Below, piece by piece: positions 1 to 9,216 of a stretch of DNA of 64,000 bases. Each line of letters opens with the position of its first letter. The first letter of the stretch is position 1. The position numbers were made by a program, and so were the translations under genes. The notes below the pieces were generated by a model that was not told the DNA's origin, searched no databases, and was given only the letters and a program-made list of their open reading frames with translations. Source of the stretch: Vulcanimicrobiota bacterium (GTDB taxonomy: Bacteria; Vulcanimicrobiota; Vulcanimicrobiia; Vulcanimicrobiales; Vulcanimicrobiaceae). The stretch is taken from contig OY968762.1 in the NCBI GenBank assembly GCA_963695225.1, forward strand, positions 2,784,001-2,848,000. The letters are read 5' to 3'.

Positions 1-828
1 AGCTCCGTTGTTCACATCGAACGGCGGCGGCCCGCCGTTGACGGGGCGGCGCTGCACGAGCGGAACGGGCGAGAGTCGTTCGTGCCCGAAGTAATTCGCG
101 AGATCCGAATCGAGGACGTCGGAGGAGATCACGATCCCGATCGTCCGCCCGGCGCCGTTTAGGGCTAGGTACGAAGGATAGCCGTACGCTTCTTTGAGAT
201 CGGTGAACCAATACGGGCCGTCGGGGCCGTAGCGGTTGTCCGGAGCGAACGCCGCCTGCGCGACGCGCTTGGAATGCGTATGGTAGACGAAACGCGAGAA
301 GCTGACCGAGGCGCCGAGCTTCGAGAGCGCGGCCGGGAGCGTCGGCGCGCGATCCGCGTTCAAGAGCGTGCGGTTGCGCGCGCCCGAGGGCTGCAGGCGC
401 ACGGCGAACGAGCTCTCGACGACCGCCTGCGGGGCGGCGGCGAGGATCGATTGCGACGTAACGTGCGTTTCGTAACCCGCCGCTCGCAGCGTCGCTGCGG
501 CTGCGTCCAAGTCGGCCGCCGCCGGCGCGTAGCGGTCGCGGAACTGCTGCGGCGTTAGGAAATGCCGGTACATTGGCGAGCGCTCGTCGGCCTGATTCGC
601 CAGGAGCGCGTCGAGTTCGGCGCTGTTGCGAAGCGGGAGGTGTACCGTCACGAGAATGCCGCGCACTGCCGCCTGCGGCACGCCGCTCGCCGCGTTCGCA
701 ATTTGAGGCGCACTCGGCAGAACGCTTTGCGGAAGGGCCGCGGGCGCGCTGCGCGAGCCGCCGCCGCACGCGGCCACGAGCGGTGCGACCGCCGCAAGCA
801 ATAGGAAACGAAGAAGCGGTCGATTCAC
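1..828 (-). CDS. S53 (sedolisin/kumamolisin) family serine peptidase, lipoprotein; 3' end runs off the window
   Basis: Not in the ORF track; translated by hand from GTG at 828 after a GGAGG RBS. It reads MNRPLLRFLLLAAVAPLVAAC (lipobox), then a pro-kumamolisin-like prodomain (LPLRNSAELDALL...SPMYRHFLTPQQFRDRY), then a catalytic-domain start (DLKEAYGYP...GAGRTIGIV). Open to position 1. Confidence 0.85.
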   Translation of the reverse strand, partial: MNRPLLRFLLLAAVAPLVAACGGGSRSAPAALPQSVLPSAPQIANAASGVPQAAVRGILVTVHLPLRNSAELDALLANQADERSPMYRHFLTPQQFRDRYAPAAADLDAAAATLRAAGYETHVTSQSILAAAPQAVVESSFAVRLQPSGARNRTLLNADRAPTLPAALSKLGASVSFSRFVYHTHSKRVAQAAFAPDNRYGPDGPYWFTDLKEAYGYPSYLALNGAGRTIGIVISSDVLDSDLANYFGHERLSPVPLVQRRPVNGGPPPFDVNNGA

Positions 829-1026
829 TCGAACCTCCAGGCGTCCGGCGTTCGCGCACCCTACGCTTGCGGAATGCGGACTTCCTACGGGACTTTCGTC
901 CCGAGGCCGCGAGCGCGATCGCGCGAACGTCGTTTGGACGGCGACGTCCCAATCGTTCGAAGCTTCTCGCGGCGATCGTTGGGCATGCACATAGTATGAT
1001 CCGTGAGCAATCCGGTGGAGGCCGTC

Positions 1027-2205
1027 ATGGTGACCTATCGGTATCTGATCGTCGGCTCGGGGATGGCCGCCGGCGCGGCGATCGACGGCATCCGGCTGCA
1101 CGACGAACGAGGGAGCATCGGGCTCATCGGCGCGGAGGAGTTTCCGCCGTATAACCGGCCGCCGCTCTCGAAGAACTTGTGGAAGGGCGAACCGGAGGAC
1201 ACGATTTGGCGGCCGCTGCCCGATGGGGTCGAAGCGCATTACGGCCGTCACGTCGTTGCGGTCCATCCGGGGGACCGCGAGGTGATCGTCGATCGCGGGG
1301 AGCGCTATGGTTTCGAGACGCTGCTCCTGGCGACGGGTTCCCGCCCCCGGCGGCTTTCGTTCGGTGCGGACGTGATCTACTATCGCACGCTGCGGGACTA
1401 CCGTCGCTTGCGCGAGCTCGCCGCCCGCCCGGGCGCTAGGTTTTGCGTGATCGGCGGCGGCTTCATCGGCTCGGAGATGGCCGCGGCGCTTTCGCTCGCG
1501 GGATGCGCCGTCACGCTGCTCGTGGCGGAGCGGGGGATCGGCGCACGCATCTATCCGGGCGATCTGAGCGCCTACCTCGGGCGCTACTACGAGCATTTCG
1601 GCGTGCACGTCGTGGTCAACGCGCGCGTGGTGGGGATCGACCGCGCCGGCGAGGTTTCGATCGTGCGGCTGGCGGACGGGAAGGCGTTGCAATGCGAGGG
1701 AGTCGTCGCCGGGATCGGCGTCGACCCGGACGTTACGCTGGCGCTCGACGCGGGGCTGCCGGTCGGGGACGGCATCATCGTCGATGAATTCGGCCGGGTG
1801 GGAAGCGGCGGCCCGATTTATGCCGCGGGCGACGTCGCCCGTTTCCCGAACCTCGCGCTCGAGAGGAGCATGCGCGTCGAGCACGAGGATCACGCGCTCA
1901 CGCACGGCTTCGCGGTCGGGGCGAACATGGCGGGGGCGGCCCAGCCGTACCGGCACTTGCCGTTCTTCTATTCCGACATCTTCGATATCGGATACGAAGC
2001 GGTCGGCGTGCTCGACGCCCGTTCGCACGCGATCGCGGATTGGACGGAGCCGTATCGCAACGGCGTCGTGTACTACCTGGACGACGGTCGCGTGCGCGGC
2101 GTGCTCCTGTGGGGGATATTCGGTAAGGTCGATGAGGCGCGAGCGTTGATCGAATCGAAGGCGCGCTTCACCTCGGCGGACTTGATCGGGCGGATTCGCG
2201 GCTGA
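1027..2205 (+). CDS. FAD/NAD(P)-dependent oxidoreductase (ferredoxin reductase/AIF-like)
   Basis: LIVGSGMAAG FAD motif, PYNRPPLSK, LATGS, VIGGGFIGSE NADH motif, IYAAGDVA. ATG at 1027 follows GGAGG. Confidence 0.9.
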   Translation: MVTYRYLIVGSGMAAGAAIDGIRLHDERGSIGLIGAEEFPPYNRPPLSKNLWKGEPEDTIWRPLPDGVEAHYGRHVVAVHPGDREVIVDRGERYGFETLLLATGSRPRRLSFGADVIYYRTLRDYRRLRELAARPGARFCVIGGGFIGSEMAAALSLAGCAVTLLVAERGIGARIYPGDLSAYLGRYYEHFGVHVVVNARVVGIDRAGEVSIVRLADGKALQCEGVVAGIGVDPDVTLALDAGLPVGDGIIVDEFGRVGSGGPIYAAGDVARFPNLALERSMRVEHEDHALTHGFAVGANMAGAAQPYRHLPFFYSDIFDIGYEAVGVLDARSHAIADWTEPYRNGVVYYLDDGRVRGVLLWGIFGKVDEARALIESKARFTSADLIGRIRG

Positions 2206-2249
2206 CGCCGCTTGGAGCAAACGCGGAACGCGAACGCGAAGGGGCGGGG

Positions 2250-3977
2250 ATGCACCGTACGCCTCGCTCCGGCGGGCGCATCCTGGTCGATGCGCTCGCG
2301 ATTCACGGAGCCGATCTCAGCTTCTGCGTCCCCGGCGAGAGCTTTCTCGCCGTGCTCGATGCGTTCTACGATCGCCGCGAACTTCGGGTCGTAAGCTGCC
2401 GCCAAGAAGGCGGAGCGGCGACGATGGCCGAGGCTTACGGGAAGCTCACCGGGCGGCCCGGCGTGTGCTTTGTGACGCGCGGGCCCGGCGCGACGAACGC
2501 GAGCATCGGCGTGCATACCGCATTCCAAGATTCGACGCCGCTGATATTGTTTATCGGGCAAGTCGATCGCGCGTTCGCCGAGCGCGAGGCGTTCCAGGAG
2601 ATCGACTTCCGCCGGATGTTCGGGCAGATGGCGAAATGGGTCGCTCAGATCGACGATGCGCGCCGCATCCCCGAGATGGTGAGCCGTGCGTTCCATCTCG
2701 CCGTTTCCGGGCGGCCCGGGCCCGTCGTGCTCGCGCTTCCCGAGGACATGCTTGCCGAGCGCGTCGCGGTGGCGGATGCGCCGCCGTACGCGTGCGTGCA
2801 GGCGCATCCGGGTGAAGAGGATCTCGCGCGCCTACGCGCCGCGCTTGCCGAAGCGCGCAGGCCGCTGATGATCCTCGGCGGGAGCGGCTGGACGAACGCG
2901 GCGGTGCTCGACATTCAGGCGTTCGCGGAGCGGATGACGCTCCCGGTCGCGTGCGCGTTCCGGCGGCAGGATCTCTTCGATAACCGGCACCCGCTCTACG
3001 CGGGGGATGCCGGAATCGGGATCGACCCGGCACTCGCGCGGCGGATTCGCGAGGCCGACCTGATCCTCGCGGTCGGCCCGCGGCTCGGGGAGGCGACGAC
3101 GAGCGGGTATGCGTTGCTGGACGTGCCGGTCCCGGCGCAGCGGCTCGTGCACGTCTTCCCCGGCGCGGAGGAACTCGGGCGGGTCTACCGCAGCGACCTG
3201 CCGATCCTCGCGGGGATGCCGCAATTTTCCGCCGCGGCGCGCCTGCTGGAGCCCGTCGATGCCGCGCCGCGGAAGCGTTGGGCGGAAGAAGCGCGGCGAG
3301 AGTTTCTCGAGAACGGGAACGCCGCGCCGAGCCCGGGCGCGCTCGATCTGGTCGCGGCCGTGCGGCGGCTGAACGAGCGGTTGCCGGACGACGCGATCGT
3401 GACGAACGGCGCGGGCAATTTCGCCGGCTGGCTGCATCGGTTCTACCGGTATCGCGGATTCGGGACGCAACTCGGGCCGACGAACGGCGCGATGGGGTAC
3501 GGCCTTCCGGCCGCGATCGCGGCGAAGCTGCTGCATCCGGAGCGCATCGTCGTCGGCGTCTGCGGCGACGGCGATTTCCTGATGACGGGCCAGGAGCTCG
3601 CGACCGCGATGCACGAGCGTGCGAACGTCGTCGTGCTGGTCGTCAACAACGGCATGTACGGAACGATCCGCATGCACCAGGAGCGGCGCTTCCCGGGGCG
3701 CGCCGTCGCGACGGAGCTCGCGAATCCCGACTTTGCGAAGTACGCTGAGGCGTTCGGCGCCTGGGGTGCCGTCGTCGAGCGGACGGCCGATTTCGCGCCC
3801 GCTTTGGACGGCGCGCTCGCCGCGGGCCGCCCCGCGCTGATCGAACTGCGCGTCGACCCCGAGGCGATCTCGTCGCGCGCGACGCTCAGCGGGTTGCGCT
3901 CGGCTTCAGAAGCCGCCAGGCCGGAACTTGAAGATGACGAGCGCCCCGGCGGCGTAGAAGAGCGCGCCCGGGACTAG
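2250..3977 (+). CDS. Thiamine pyrophosphate-dependent enzyme (acetolactate synthase large subunit-like)
   Basis: FCVPGESFL, CRQEGGA, TRGPGATN, GDGDFLM...VVNN TPP-binding motif. Confidence 0.9.
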   Translation: MHRTPRSGGRILVDALAIHGADLSFCVPGESFLAVLDAFYDRRELRVVSCRQEGGAATMAEAYGKLTGRPGVCFVTRGPGATNASIGVHTAFQDSTPLILFIGQVDRAFAEREAFQEIDFRRMFGQMAKWVAQIDDARRIPEMVSRAFHLAVSGRPGPVVLALPEDMLAERVAVADAPPYACVQAHPGEEDLARLRAALAEARRPLMILGGSGWTNAAVLDIQAFAERMTLPVACAFRRQDLFDNRHPLYAGDAGIGIDPALARRIREADLILAVGPRLGEATTSGYALLDVPVPAQRLVHVFPGAEELGRVYRSDLPILAGMPQFSAAARLLEPVDAAPRKRWAEEARREFLENGNAAPSPGALDLVAAVRRLNERLPDDAIVTNGAGNFAGWLHRFYRYRGFGTQLGPTNGAMGYGLPAAIAAKLLHPERIVVGVCGDGDFLMTGQELATAMHERANVVVLVVNNGMYGTIRMHQERRFPGRAVATELANPDFAKYAEAFGAWGAVVERTADFAPALDGALAAGRPALIELRVDPEAISSRATLSGLRSASEAARPELEDDERPGGVEERARD

Positions 3978-4235
3978 GATGAAGAAGATGACCGGCTTCG
4001 AGCGCGCCCAAACGTAGCGCGTCGCGACGACGATCGCGAAGCCGTAGAGCCCGCCCAAGAGCGCGGCCGCGATGAATCCGAGGGTCCACTCGAGGCCTTG
4101 GGCGAGTGCGTGCCGGCTGAAGTCGACGGAGGACACGTCGAGCACGACCACGAGAGCCCAAATCGCCGCCGCGACGGCAGCGACGGACACCTCCGTCTTG
4201 AAACGGACGGCGAACTTCTGAACCCTGGACATCAT
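3906..4235 (-). CDS. Small hypothetical membrane protein (about 3 TM helices)
   Basis: Three hydrophobic stretches in 109 aa; convergent overlap with the upstream gene. Confidence 0.6.
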   Translation of the reverse strand: MMSRVQKFAVRFKTEVSVAAVAAAIWALVVVLDVSSVDFSRHALAQGLEWTLGFIAAALLGGLYGFAIVVATRYVWARSKPVIFFILVPGALFYAAGALVIFKFRPGGF

Positions 4236-4397
4236 ATGAGCGGGTATTTCTCTCTACGCCGATTCGGCCTTTCAGCCGGCGCCCTCGCCTGCTTGCCTTA
4301 GGCGCCTCCCGAGCGATGCCTCCTCCCGCATCGGGCGGTTCGGCTGGGCGAGGCACCGGCGGGGTTCGCCGGACGAAACCACTAACGGGGATGCTCC

Positions 4398-5819
4398 ATG
4401 CCGCACAAGAAGATCCCGCCGATTTCGGGCGCAGGGAGCGTTGCACGGCTTGCGGCCTTCACCCGAGCCGAGAGCGAGCGGGTCATCGATCTGATGATGG
4501 GGTTCGCCCACAGCGCGCAGTGCGCCGGTCCGATGCAGCAAGCGATGTTCGAGATCGTCGGGGACGCCGGCTGCCCGACCGAAGACGTCCGCATCGTAAC
4601 GGCGAGCGAAGAGTTCGAGAGCGTCTTCCACACGTGGTTCATGTTCGACCGGCCGATCACCGAAGACGGCCACACGCTCGTCGACGTGTTCTTAGAGGGA
4701 GATTCGTTCGGACTGAGCCGCGGGGAGCGGCGCTTTCTCGAGCGGATGCGCGAGAGCCACCTGCGCCCGTACGAAGTGCGCGAAGTGCGCGGCGATTCGG
4801 GCCTCTTGTTGTGGGATTTGTGGCGCGACGAATCCGTCGAAGTGAACGATCGCGTCGCAAGCTACTATGCGCACGCCGGCGGGACGATCTGTGCCAGGGT
4901 CGTCCACGGTCCGCAGGGCGAGCGCGAAATGCACGGGCTCGTTTCCTTCCCACGTGCGGAGATGGAGGCTTTGCTGAGCCGCCTCAGGCTGATGCACGGC
5001 GCGCTGTCGGAGAAACGGCACGGTCTTTCCGACCGAGAGTTCTTCAAGGCGATGGCTCCCCTGATCCAGCGGAGCTGGCTGGAATCGTTTCGGTCGCCTT
5101 CGCGGAATCGAGGCAGCGACGCGCGCGGCGCGCGAACGCGGGCCGGCGATCGCATCTTGCAGGTGAAGGTCGCGCTGCAGAAAGTGAGGCCGCAGGTTTG
5201 GCGCCGGCTGCTCGTCCCCGAGCGAATGACGCTCGGGACGCTGAGCAAGACGATATTGAAGGCCATGGGCTGGGAGGACTACCACCTGCACGATTTCGAG
5301 ATCGACGGCATCTCGTACGGCGTCCCGGACCCGGAATACCCGGACGACACCCGCAACGAACGCGGCCGGAAACTCTCGGATTTCGATTTCGCCGAGGGAG
5401 CGTCGTTCAAGTACCGCTACGATTTCGGCGACAACTGGTGCCATCGCGTGCTCGTCGAGAAGGTACTCGATCCGCAGCCGGGAGCACAGTATCCGATCTG
5501 CGTCGCCGGCGCGCGCGCATGCCCGCCGGAAGACGTCGGCGGAGCGGGCGGGTACGCGGAGTTCCGCCGCGTGCTTCGCAACCCCAAACACCGGGATCAC
5601 GCGCACTTTCGGGAATGGTCGCGGCGCGACCGCCGCGACTTTGATCCGGAAGCGTTCGACGTCGAAGAGGTCAACGCAAGACTGCGACCCCGCGTATGGA
5701 GCCGAAAAGGGTCGTCTTACCGGCGCCGCCCTCCTGCGACGCAAAGATTTCGAATCCCCGTTCCCACCGGCGGAACCCTGCGCCGCAGTTGCCACATTCT
5801 GCTCAATCCGCTAGACTAG
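4398..5819 (+). CDS. pRiA4b ORF-3 family protein with an extra N-terminal domain
   Basis: C-terminal VWRRLLVP...MGWEDYHLHDF...YRYDFGDNWCH...AGARACPPEDVGGAGGY is the pRiA4b ORF-3 signature. Confidence 0.85.
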   Translation: MPHKKIPPISGAGSVARLAAFTRAESERVIDLMMGFAHSAQCAGPMQQAMFEIVGDAGCPTEDVRIVTASEEFESVFHTWFMFDRPITEDGHTLVDVFLEGDSFGLSRGERRFLERMRESHLRPYEVREVRGDSGLLLWDLWRDESVEVNDRVASYYAHAGGTICARVVHGPQGEREMHGLVSFPRAEMEALLSRLRLMHGALSEKRHGLSDREFFKAMAPLIQRSWLESFRSPSRNRGSDARGARTRAGDRILQVKVALQKVRPQVWRRLLVPERMTLGTLSKTILKAMGWEDYHLHDFEIDGISYGVPDPEYPDDTRNERGRKLSDFDFAEGASFKYRYDFGDNWCHRVLVEKVLDPQPGAQYPICVAGARACPPEDVGGAGGYAEFRRVLRNPKHRDHAHFREWSRRDRRDFDPEAFDVEEVNARLRPRVWSRKGSSYRRRPPATQRFRIPVPTGGTLRRSCHILLNPLD

Positions 5820-5833
5820 TCTTATATCTAGAC
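5811..5833. promoter_or_regulatory. Putative autoregulatory operator of the Phd-VapC toxin-antitoxin operon
   Basis: Perfect palindrome AGACTAGTCT (5813-5822) and CTAGAC repeated at 5811 and 5828, in an AT-rich patch just upstream of the AGGAG RBS. Confidence 0.5.
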
Positions 5834-5858
5834 CAACCTCCTCTCCTAGGAGAGCGCA

Positions 5859-6119
5859 ATGAGCGAGCAGATGAACATCTACGAGGCCCGGACACACTTC
5901 TCTAAGATTATCGAACGGGCAGAACACGGCGAAACGATCATCATCGCTCGCAACAATGTGCCGATCGTCGAACTGCGTCCAGTCCGACACGATTTGACCC
6001 TCCTAGGCGAACGCCTCAGGGCGCTGCGCGAGCGCATCAGAGACGAGAACGGCGGGAAGAGTATTCTCGACGCCGGCGAGACGTTCCGAGATCTAATCAA
6101 CCAAGGTCGCAGGTATTGA
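5859..6119 (+). CDS. Phd/YefM family antitoxin
   Basis: MNIYEARTHFSKIIERAEHGETIIIARNNVPIVELRP is the typical prevent-host-death N-terminus. Confidence 0.9.
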   Translation: MSEQMNIYEARTHFSKIIERAEHGETIIIARNNVPIVELRPVRHDLTLLGERLRALRERIRDENGGKSILDAGETFRDLINQGRRY

Positions 6120-6120
6120 A

Positions 6121-6543
6121 GTGCCTTTGGTGATTGACGCATCCATCGCCCTAAGCTTCGTTCTGCCCAGCGAGGCGCTTTACGAACGCGTTTGGCAGCG
6201 GCTTAGCGACGAAGGCGGTGCCGCCCCGTTTCTTTGGCGCTGGGAAGTTCAGAATGCCCTCCTACTTAGCGAGCGCCGCGGCCGGCTTCGTCCGGCACAG
6301 GCGGTCGAAATACTGGCCGAACTTCGTGCTTTCCCAATCGAGTTTTATGCTCCCGCGACCCTCGGCCGAGACCTCGAGCTGGCACGCGAACATAACCTGA
6401 CCGTCTATGACTCCACCTATCTCGAACTCGCATTGCGAACGGGCGGCTCGCTGGCGACGACGGACGTGCAGCTTGCTAAAGCGGCACATCGCGTTGGTGT
6501 GCTCGCTTCTGAATGCCTTGATATCTTACCGTCGTCCATGTGA
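6121..6543 (+). CDS. VapC family PIN-domain toxin
   Basis: LVIDAS, WEVQNAL, LTVYDSTYLELA, LATTD acidic PIN motifs; starts 2 nt after the antitoxin stop. Confidence 0.9.
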   Translation: MPLVIDASIALSFVLPSEALYERVWQRLSDEGGAAPFLWRWEVQNALLLSERRGRLRPAQAVEILAELRAFPIEFYAPATLGRDLELAREHNLTVYDSTYLELALRTGGSLATTDVQLAKAAHRVGVLASECLDILPSSM

Positions 6544-6637
6544 CTCCCGCGGCTAAGCCATCGACCGGGAGCCGGCCGAACTGCCGTCGACGCCTTGGCG
6601 GCGTCGATCCTCGAGGGGCGCAGGGCGGACCTCTCGT

Positions 6638-6658
6638 GTGAGCAAACGTGAGCAAACG
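6638..6658. repeat. Tandem 10-bp repeat GTGAGCAAAC x2
   Basis: Directly visible, about 70 nt upstream of the tRNA. Confidence 0.7.
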
Positions 6659-6729
6659 GCGTCGATCCGTACCAGTCGGTCGCCGCTGACGCGGTGCCAA
6701 GCCGCGTGAAATAAGGGTTCGTCGGGTCT

Positions 6730-6817
6730 GGAGAGATGGCCGAGTGGCTGAAGGCGGCGGTCTTGAAAACCGCTGAACGTGATGAGCGTTCCGTGGGTTC
6801 GAATCCCACTCTCTCCT
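6730..6817 (+). tRNA. tRNA-Ser (anticodon TGA); CCA not encoded
   Basis: GGAGAGA/TCTCTCC acceptor stem, D arm TGGCCGAGTGG, anticodon arm GCGGT-CTTGAAA-ACCGC, long variable arm, T arm GTGGG-TTCGAAT-CCCAC. Confidence 0.97.
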
Positions 6818-6821
6818 TGGA

Positions 6822-6847
6822 AAGAAGCCCATATTAGCGGGCTTCTT
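6822..6847 (+). terminator. Hairpin directly after the tRNA (terminator-like)
   Basis: AAGAAGCCC-N8-GGGCTTCTT, a perfect 9-bp stem. Confidence 0.6.
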
Positions 6848-6919
6848 CGTTGCATGATCCGAGCCGGACCGGGCCGAATCGGGATTGAGAAACCTAACAA
6901 GATAGGTTATGATCAGGCG

Positions 6920-7152
6920 GTGCCGAGAATCGTTGTCGAACGGTTCGTGATTCGCGTCTACACGGATGACCGTGCGCCCGCGCATGGTCACGTATTTCGG
7001 GATGGAGCGGAGTTGCGCGTCTGCCTGCGCGGCTCTCGCCCGGCGGACGACATTCGCGGCCGGAGAAGGCTTCCGATCGGCGTCGCGCGATCGAGCTTGT
7101 CGCCGAGCATCGGTCCCAACTTCTCGTGATGTGGCGGAGGTATCACTCGTGA
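6920..7152 (+). pseudogene. Frameshifted DUF4160-family gene
   Basis: MPRIVVERFVIRVYTDDRAPAHGHV... continues after a -1 shift near 7064 as KASDRRRAIELVAEHRSQLLVMWRRYHS*. That stop overlaps the next GTG (GTGA). Confidence 0.7.
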
Positions 7153-7538
7153 CTAGACCCCTGCGTGTCTCCACCGCGGCTGTCGCCCTTGGCGAGCGCC
7201 CGCGTCTCGTGCTGCGCTTGGCCGATCGCGATGTCGAGGTGTCGTTCCCGCTCTCGCTGATCGACAGTTTCCGCCGTCGCGCCGTGCCGCGGCGCGCGAT
7301 CGTCGACGGCTCGGCTGCGTTGACGAACGTCGTCGTCGAAGACGACGGAGGGACGATCGAATGGCCGGACCTCGACGTGAGCTTCTCTGTCGCCGAAATG
7401 CTCCCGGAATACCTCGGTCTGGTTGGCGCTGTTCGCTCGGCGGTTGCACGTAAGGCCGGGGCCGCGAAGACGCCGGCGAAAGCGCGGTCGTCCCGCGAGA
7501 ACGGCAAGCTCGGCGGCCGTCCTCGGAAGGTGGCGTGA
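7149..7538 (+). CDS. DUF2442-family protein
   Basis: GGTIEWPDLDVSFSV motif and the characteristic tail KTPAKARSSRENGKLGGRPRK; coupled to the DUF4160 gene. Confidence 0.8.
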   Translation: MTRPLRVSTAAVALGERPRLVLRLADRDVEVSFPLSLIDSFRRRAVPRRAIVDGSAALTNVVVEDDGGTIEWPDLDVSFSVAEMLPEYLGLVGAVRSAVARKAGAAKTPAKARSSRENGKLGGRPRKVA

Positions 7539-7539
7539 A

Positions 7540-7719
7540 TCGGCTGCGACCATCGACGGGCCGCCGAACCTCAAGCCCGCCTCAGCACAGGGTCTCCCAG
7601 GCTTGCTCTTGGCCGGAGACCGGCACGAGCAACTCCTCGCGACCGCGCCCGGCGTAATCGACGACTACCTCGACGCGGTGCGCGACCTTGGCCTTCCGAC
7701 TACGGCGACCACACCGTGA
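7540..7719 (+). pseudogene. Possible HicB-like antitoxin remnant
   Basis: GLPGLLLAGDRHEQLLATAPGVIDDYLDAVRDLGLP resembles the HicB pattern DLPGC..GDT.EE....A...I..YL...G.P; no usable start codon. Confidence 0.35.
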
Positions 7720-8149
7720 CGTAGAGCCGCGTGCCGTCGGCGGTTGCGCATGTCACGGGCGATGTAGGCTGGCCGCCGTTGAGGTTCGAGCCGATCTCGT
7801 CCACGCCGACCGGATCCTGATCTTCCACCTTGCAGAGCGGCATCGAGGGCTCGCCGCGGCCGCCGTAGTGCCGATAGGTATCCTTCCGATACACTTCCTC
7901 GATCTGTCGCCCCGGCGACTGAGTGGACGTTTCGGTTCCTTCGCGCGCGGTGATGAGGGTCAAGGAGTCGCCGAGTTCGGTCGTAGCCTCTTCGACGTGG
8001 TGGCTGCGACCGCTAACAAGATCGAACAACCCGCCCATAACGCCCCGCGCGACGACGGTGGGATCACTTGCGGCCCGGTTCTCTGGGGCGCAGCTCGTTA
8101 GCCCAATCACTAAGAACACGCTTATACAGGCGCGTAGCCGTGCGTTCAT
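7700..8149 (-). CDS. Hypothetical lipoprotein
   Basis: ATG at 8149 gives MNARLRACISVFLVIGLTSC (signal peptide and lipobox). Confidence 0.55.
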   Translation of the reverse strand: MNARLRACISVFLVIGLTSCAPENRAASDPTVVARGVMGGLFDLVSGRSHHVEEATTELGDSLTLITAREGTETSTQSPGRQIEEVYRKDTYRHYGGRGEPSMPLCKVEDQDPVGVDEIGSNLNGGQPTSPVTCATADGTRLYVTVWSP

Positions 8150-8441
8150 CGTCTTTACGCTACCACGGCGCAGCTCAGGCCGGGAGTGAGTCGTATGGCC
8201 CGCCGAGGATAACGCGCGACCGAAAGCCAGGCTGCATCCCGAGCATTGCTGGTATCCCAGATACTCAGCGCCCGCTCGCTGCCATCGTGAACATTGGTAG
8301 CAACTTCGGCGAGTCCGGCGTTCTTCGGTCAAACGAACGAAGTCGACCGGCAGCTTCGGCGGCGACGGCCCACAATTTGTTTCGAATTGCGAACTTTGAG
8401 CGACGATGGCTTCTGCAGTATAAGAAGTGCTAGAGTGAGGG

Positions 8442-9209
8442 ATGGAAGTTCGTATCGATGAAATCGCAGAGCGGATCTATCGTTTCTCGACGTTCGTGCC
8501 TCAAGCCGGGATCGTCTTCAATCAGTTTCTGATCGATGCCGAGGAGCCGCTCCTCTTCCACACCGGCATGAAGCATCAATTCCCGCAGGTTCGAGATGCG
8601 TTACGCAAGGTCATGGACCCCTCTCGCCTGCGCTGGATCGCTTTCGGTCACTATGAAGCGGACGAGTGCGGTGCAATGAACGATTGGCTCGCAGCGGCTC
8701 CGCGGGCTACGGTTATGCACGGGGCAACCGGTGTCATGGTTTCGGTTGCAGATCAGGCGAGCCGTGAACCCCGCAGTTTAGTCGACGGAGAAACGGTCGA
8801 TCTTGGCGGCCGAAGCGTCGTTTATATCGCAACGCCCCACGTGCCGCACGGTTGGGATGCCGGGTTGATTTATGAGCGCGAAACGGCGACGCTTTTCGCG
8901 GGCGATCTATTCGCGGCGATAGGCAATGGGCCCGCAACGACTGCCGCGGATATCGTCACGCCCGCGCTTTCGGCAGAGGACGCTTTTCATTCCACCGCCC
9001 TTACCCCACAGACGGGCCCAACTTTGCGAAGACTAGCTAAGTTTGAAATGAAACGGCTAGCGCTCATGCACGCGCCATGTTACACGGGTGACGGGTCTCA
9101 GGCACTGCGGGACCTCGGTGATGCCTACGCCGCGCGTGAACGCGAGCAGTCGGCCGAGTTGTATAAGGCCGGAAGCGCCGGGGAAGCAGCTCAAGGTCTG
9201 CGCGCTTGA
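8442..9209 (+). CDS. Metallo-beta-lactamase fold protein (FprA N-domain/ODP-like)
   Basis: FNQFLI, GHYEADECG, TPHVPHGWD, LFAGDLF. Confidence 0.85.
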   Translation: MEVRIDEIAERIYRFSTFVPQAGIVFNQFLIDAEEPLLFHTGMKHQFPQVRDALRKVMDPSRLRWIAFGHYEADECGAMNDWLAAAPRATVMHGATGVMVSVADQASREPRSLVDGETVDLGGRSVVYIATPHVPHGWDAGLIYERETATLFAGDLFAAIGNGPATTAADIVTPALSAEDAFHSTALTPQTGPTLRRLAKFEMKRLALMHAPCYTGDGSQALRDLGDAYAAREREQSAELYKAGSAGEAAQGLRA

Positions 9210-9216
9210 ATTCAGG

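Noticed and set aside
3906..3977. 72-nt convergent overlap
   Set aside because: Explained by C-terminal run-on in stop-poor GC-rich DNA.
5746..5770. TTCGAATCCCCGTTCCCACC resembling a tRNA 3' end or att site
   Set aside because: The T-stem does not pair and identity with the tRNA-Ser end is limited to about 10 nt.
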